Below, piece by piece: positions 62,901 through 64,000 of a DNA stretch of 64,000 nucleotides; the first letter of the stretch is position 1, and each line of letters starts with the position of its first letter. The DNA comes from Styela clava (lineage: Eukaryota): positions 15,624,001 to 15,688,000 of the forward strand of contig NC_135258.1 of NCBI RefSeq assembly GCF_964204865.1, read 5' to 3'. A model generated the notes under the pieces. It did not search any database and was not told where the DNA came from. It saw nothing but the letters and a program-made list of their open reading frames with translations. Made by a program: the position numbers and the translations under genes.

Positions 62901-63593
62901 CGTACTCCTGAATATCCTGATGGACGATGTATCATTTGCATTGCTAATGATATCACTTATAAAATTGGATCATTCGGACCAAAAGAAGATCTGTTATTCC
63001 AACAAGCTTCAGAACTGGCAAGATCAGAGGTAAAATTCGAGAATTTTTATTCGTATTGTCTAATTAGATTTAGAATATGGATTGAGTTAATTGAGATCGA
63101 CATATAGATATATTAATTGGATTTCAAAAATTATGAAAAATCTCAGTTTCCTGACGATGTCAAAGTTTTGTGTTTTTTTTACTCCCCAAACTTTAGGATT
63201 TATTTTTCTTAAAATTGGTCTGAAATATTAGTTTAAAAATGAATTTTGGAGAATTGTATTTTGGATTATTTTAGATTTGATTGCCAGTTTTGGGTATTTA
63301 ACAATTGTTTTTTAGATTTCGCAATATATTTTTATGTTAAATCAATCAAATTCCTGTGATTTTATTGCTCAATGTTTTTGTCTCAGTATATATTCATCAG
63401 ATCATTGTATACAACTCATTATGAGACTATCACTATAGTTCAAAGATCAAATCAATCATCTTCATACTTTCTTCATTTTTAGAAAATTCCACGAATGTAC
63501 ATCTCAGCAAACAGTGGAGCAAGAATTGGACTTGTTGAAGAAATTCGACATTTGTTCCATGTGGCATGGGTTGATCCTAATAATATGAATAAG
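38961..63593 (+). CDS. ACC: Acetyl-CoA carboxylase (multidomain eukaryotic ACC), first 34 coding exons (about 1714 aa: BC, BCCP, central domain, start of CT); gene continues beyond the window
   Basis: Exons: 38961-39131, 39620-39868, 40242-40353, 40447-40694, 41084-41247, 41330-41486, 41872-41982, 43734-43885, 45762-45850, 47046-47190, 47697-47847, 48436-48539, 48951-49103, 49378-49452, 49761-49888, 50293-50416, 50948-51053, 51713-51859, 52182-52402, 53149-53362, 54003-54164, 54672-54824, 55316-55434, 55867-56022, 56524-56809, 57172-57267, 58555-58770, 58951-59084, 59776-59892, 60973-61084, 61575-61799, 62296-62370, 62871-63029, 63483-63593 (5142 nt, in frame). Motifs: [51 protein letters not shown], biotinylation motif EVMKM (50313-50327), GTTYVYDFP and SANSGARIG. 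Confidence 0.98.
47243..47458. mobile_element. MITE, second copy of the 418-632 subfamily, in an ACC intron
   Basis: Same TIRs and core (tagaactaaaataaggaaaatcggaacaaaattatggcctaaccctaacctggtacac). TSD taaatc/taaatt. Confidence 0.8.
50570..50785 (+). mobile_element. SINE family copy (degenerate)
   Basis: ggttcgaa B-box-like start; gttacagcttcc, cccatacttgggactggtaac and atggttcgccaaatggttaagcc.tctt are shared with the other copies. Confidence 0.5.
51260..51397 (+). repeat. Minisatellite, about 18-19 bp unit (tggccgttagttgagtagt), about 7 degenerate copies
   Basis: Tandem tggccg(t)tagttgagtagt units in an ACC intron, embedded in gagtc/aagtc-rich flanks (about 51170-51492, ending cactg) that resemble a decayed MITE. 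Confidence 0.85.
52748..52988 (-). mobile_element. SINE-like interspersed repeat (probably tRNA-derived), most complete copy
   Basis: The reverse complement begins taggatagctcgggagttggt...gttcggaat (A/B-box-like). Its 3' half is clearly homologous to + strand copies at about 55445-55613, 50570-50785 and 54410-54580 and to a - strand fragment at about 48116-48215 (shared ccatac..gacatg.actggtaacc...ggtt...atatg.ttaag...tcttat.g.cttt.ct...ggataaatatg.aaatc.atccta). Confidence 0.6.
55445..55613 (+). mobile_element. SINE family copy (3' part)
   Basis: gttacggcttcctccaccatcaagtccatgc...ggataaatatgtaaatcccatccta; its reverse complement aligns with 52749-52864. Confidence 0.6.
57878..58165. mobile_element. 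hAT MITE in an ACC intron
   Basis: TIR cagtgattcccaaa ... tttgggaaccactg; TSD tcctagtt/tcttggtt (6/8). Shares subterminal sequence (gcgtaacgattta..atggc; tttggc...caataaa) with the element at 60120. Confidence 0.8.
60120..60765. mobile_element. hAT MITE (host of a nested insertion) in an ACC intron
   Basis: TIR caggggtttccaaa ... tctgggaacccctg; TSD ttctaaag/ttctagag (7/8). Confidence 0.85.
60211..60478. mobile_element. Nested hAT MITE, 268 bp
   Basis: TIR cagtgttccctctaa ... ttagagggaacattg (14/15). Perfect 8-bp TSD ctctctag (60203-60210 and 60479-60486). Internal tgcgcaca repeats. Confidence 0.9.
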
Positions 63594-64000
63594 GTTGGAT
63601 TTTCGGTCTTTAATTTATGAGTTTATTTCCATAATTTTAGTTTGTAATTCAATGCTAATGTTATTGTGTATATAGTGTATTGTGGTATTGTGTAAGATCG
63701 GTAGTAATATCAAATTCAAGTTTAACATTTGAAATTATTCAGATGTTGGATTATATGGTAAAAATTCTTGTTATATCTTTAATTGAAATTGATAAAATAT
63801 TCATATACACTCTGTAATAATATGATTGACCATATAATTGATTTATGTGAAAACTGTCTTTCAATTGTTTCCAAGATATTTTTTCTCAATTGTCGTGAAT
63901 TCTATGTGTTCCCCCTGCAGAACATTTCATTGTTCTGTTATTAAGTAATTATGAATGATCCGCATATTTTCATAAGTCTTATATAAATTGATAAAGAAAT

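Overview
AT-rich, intron-rich animal genomic DNA. It is most likely an invertebrate chordate such as an ascidian; this is inferred from the protein sequences and the mosaic CpG pattern, not proven. Three spliced protein-coding genes on the + strand were reconstructed by hand with phase-consistent GT-AG junctions. (1) An estrogen-related receptor (ERR/NR3B): 7 coding exons at 10686-19023, about 548 aa, with a probable extra upstream exon ending at 6840. (2) A secreted 506-aa modular protein at 23392-30579: signal peptide, 3x TSP1, TIL, Thr/Pro linker, a 6-Cys module and WAP. (3) The first 34 coding exons (about 1714 aa) of a cytosolic-type acetyl-CoA carboxylase starting at 38961 and running off the window end. 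A decayed, spliced minus-strand gene is probable at about 2.6-3.9 kb. Intergenic and intronic space holds many non-autonomous elements: hAT MITEs with 8-bp TSDs (one nested), a 9-bp-TSD MULE-like MITE, a family with telomere-like motifs and 5-6-bp TSDs, DINE-1/Helentron-like elements, a SINE family, a minisatellite and a 640-bp foldback hairpin. No prokaryote-type system (CRISPR, operon, defence island) is present, and I found no clearly new multi-gene system. The best leads are the ACC phospho-regulatory layout (no Ser79-type motif, but a BRCA1-BRCT-type SPxF motif and the central-loop serines are present), the unusual loop-expanded TSP1/TIL/WAP protein, and the long intronic hairpin.
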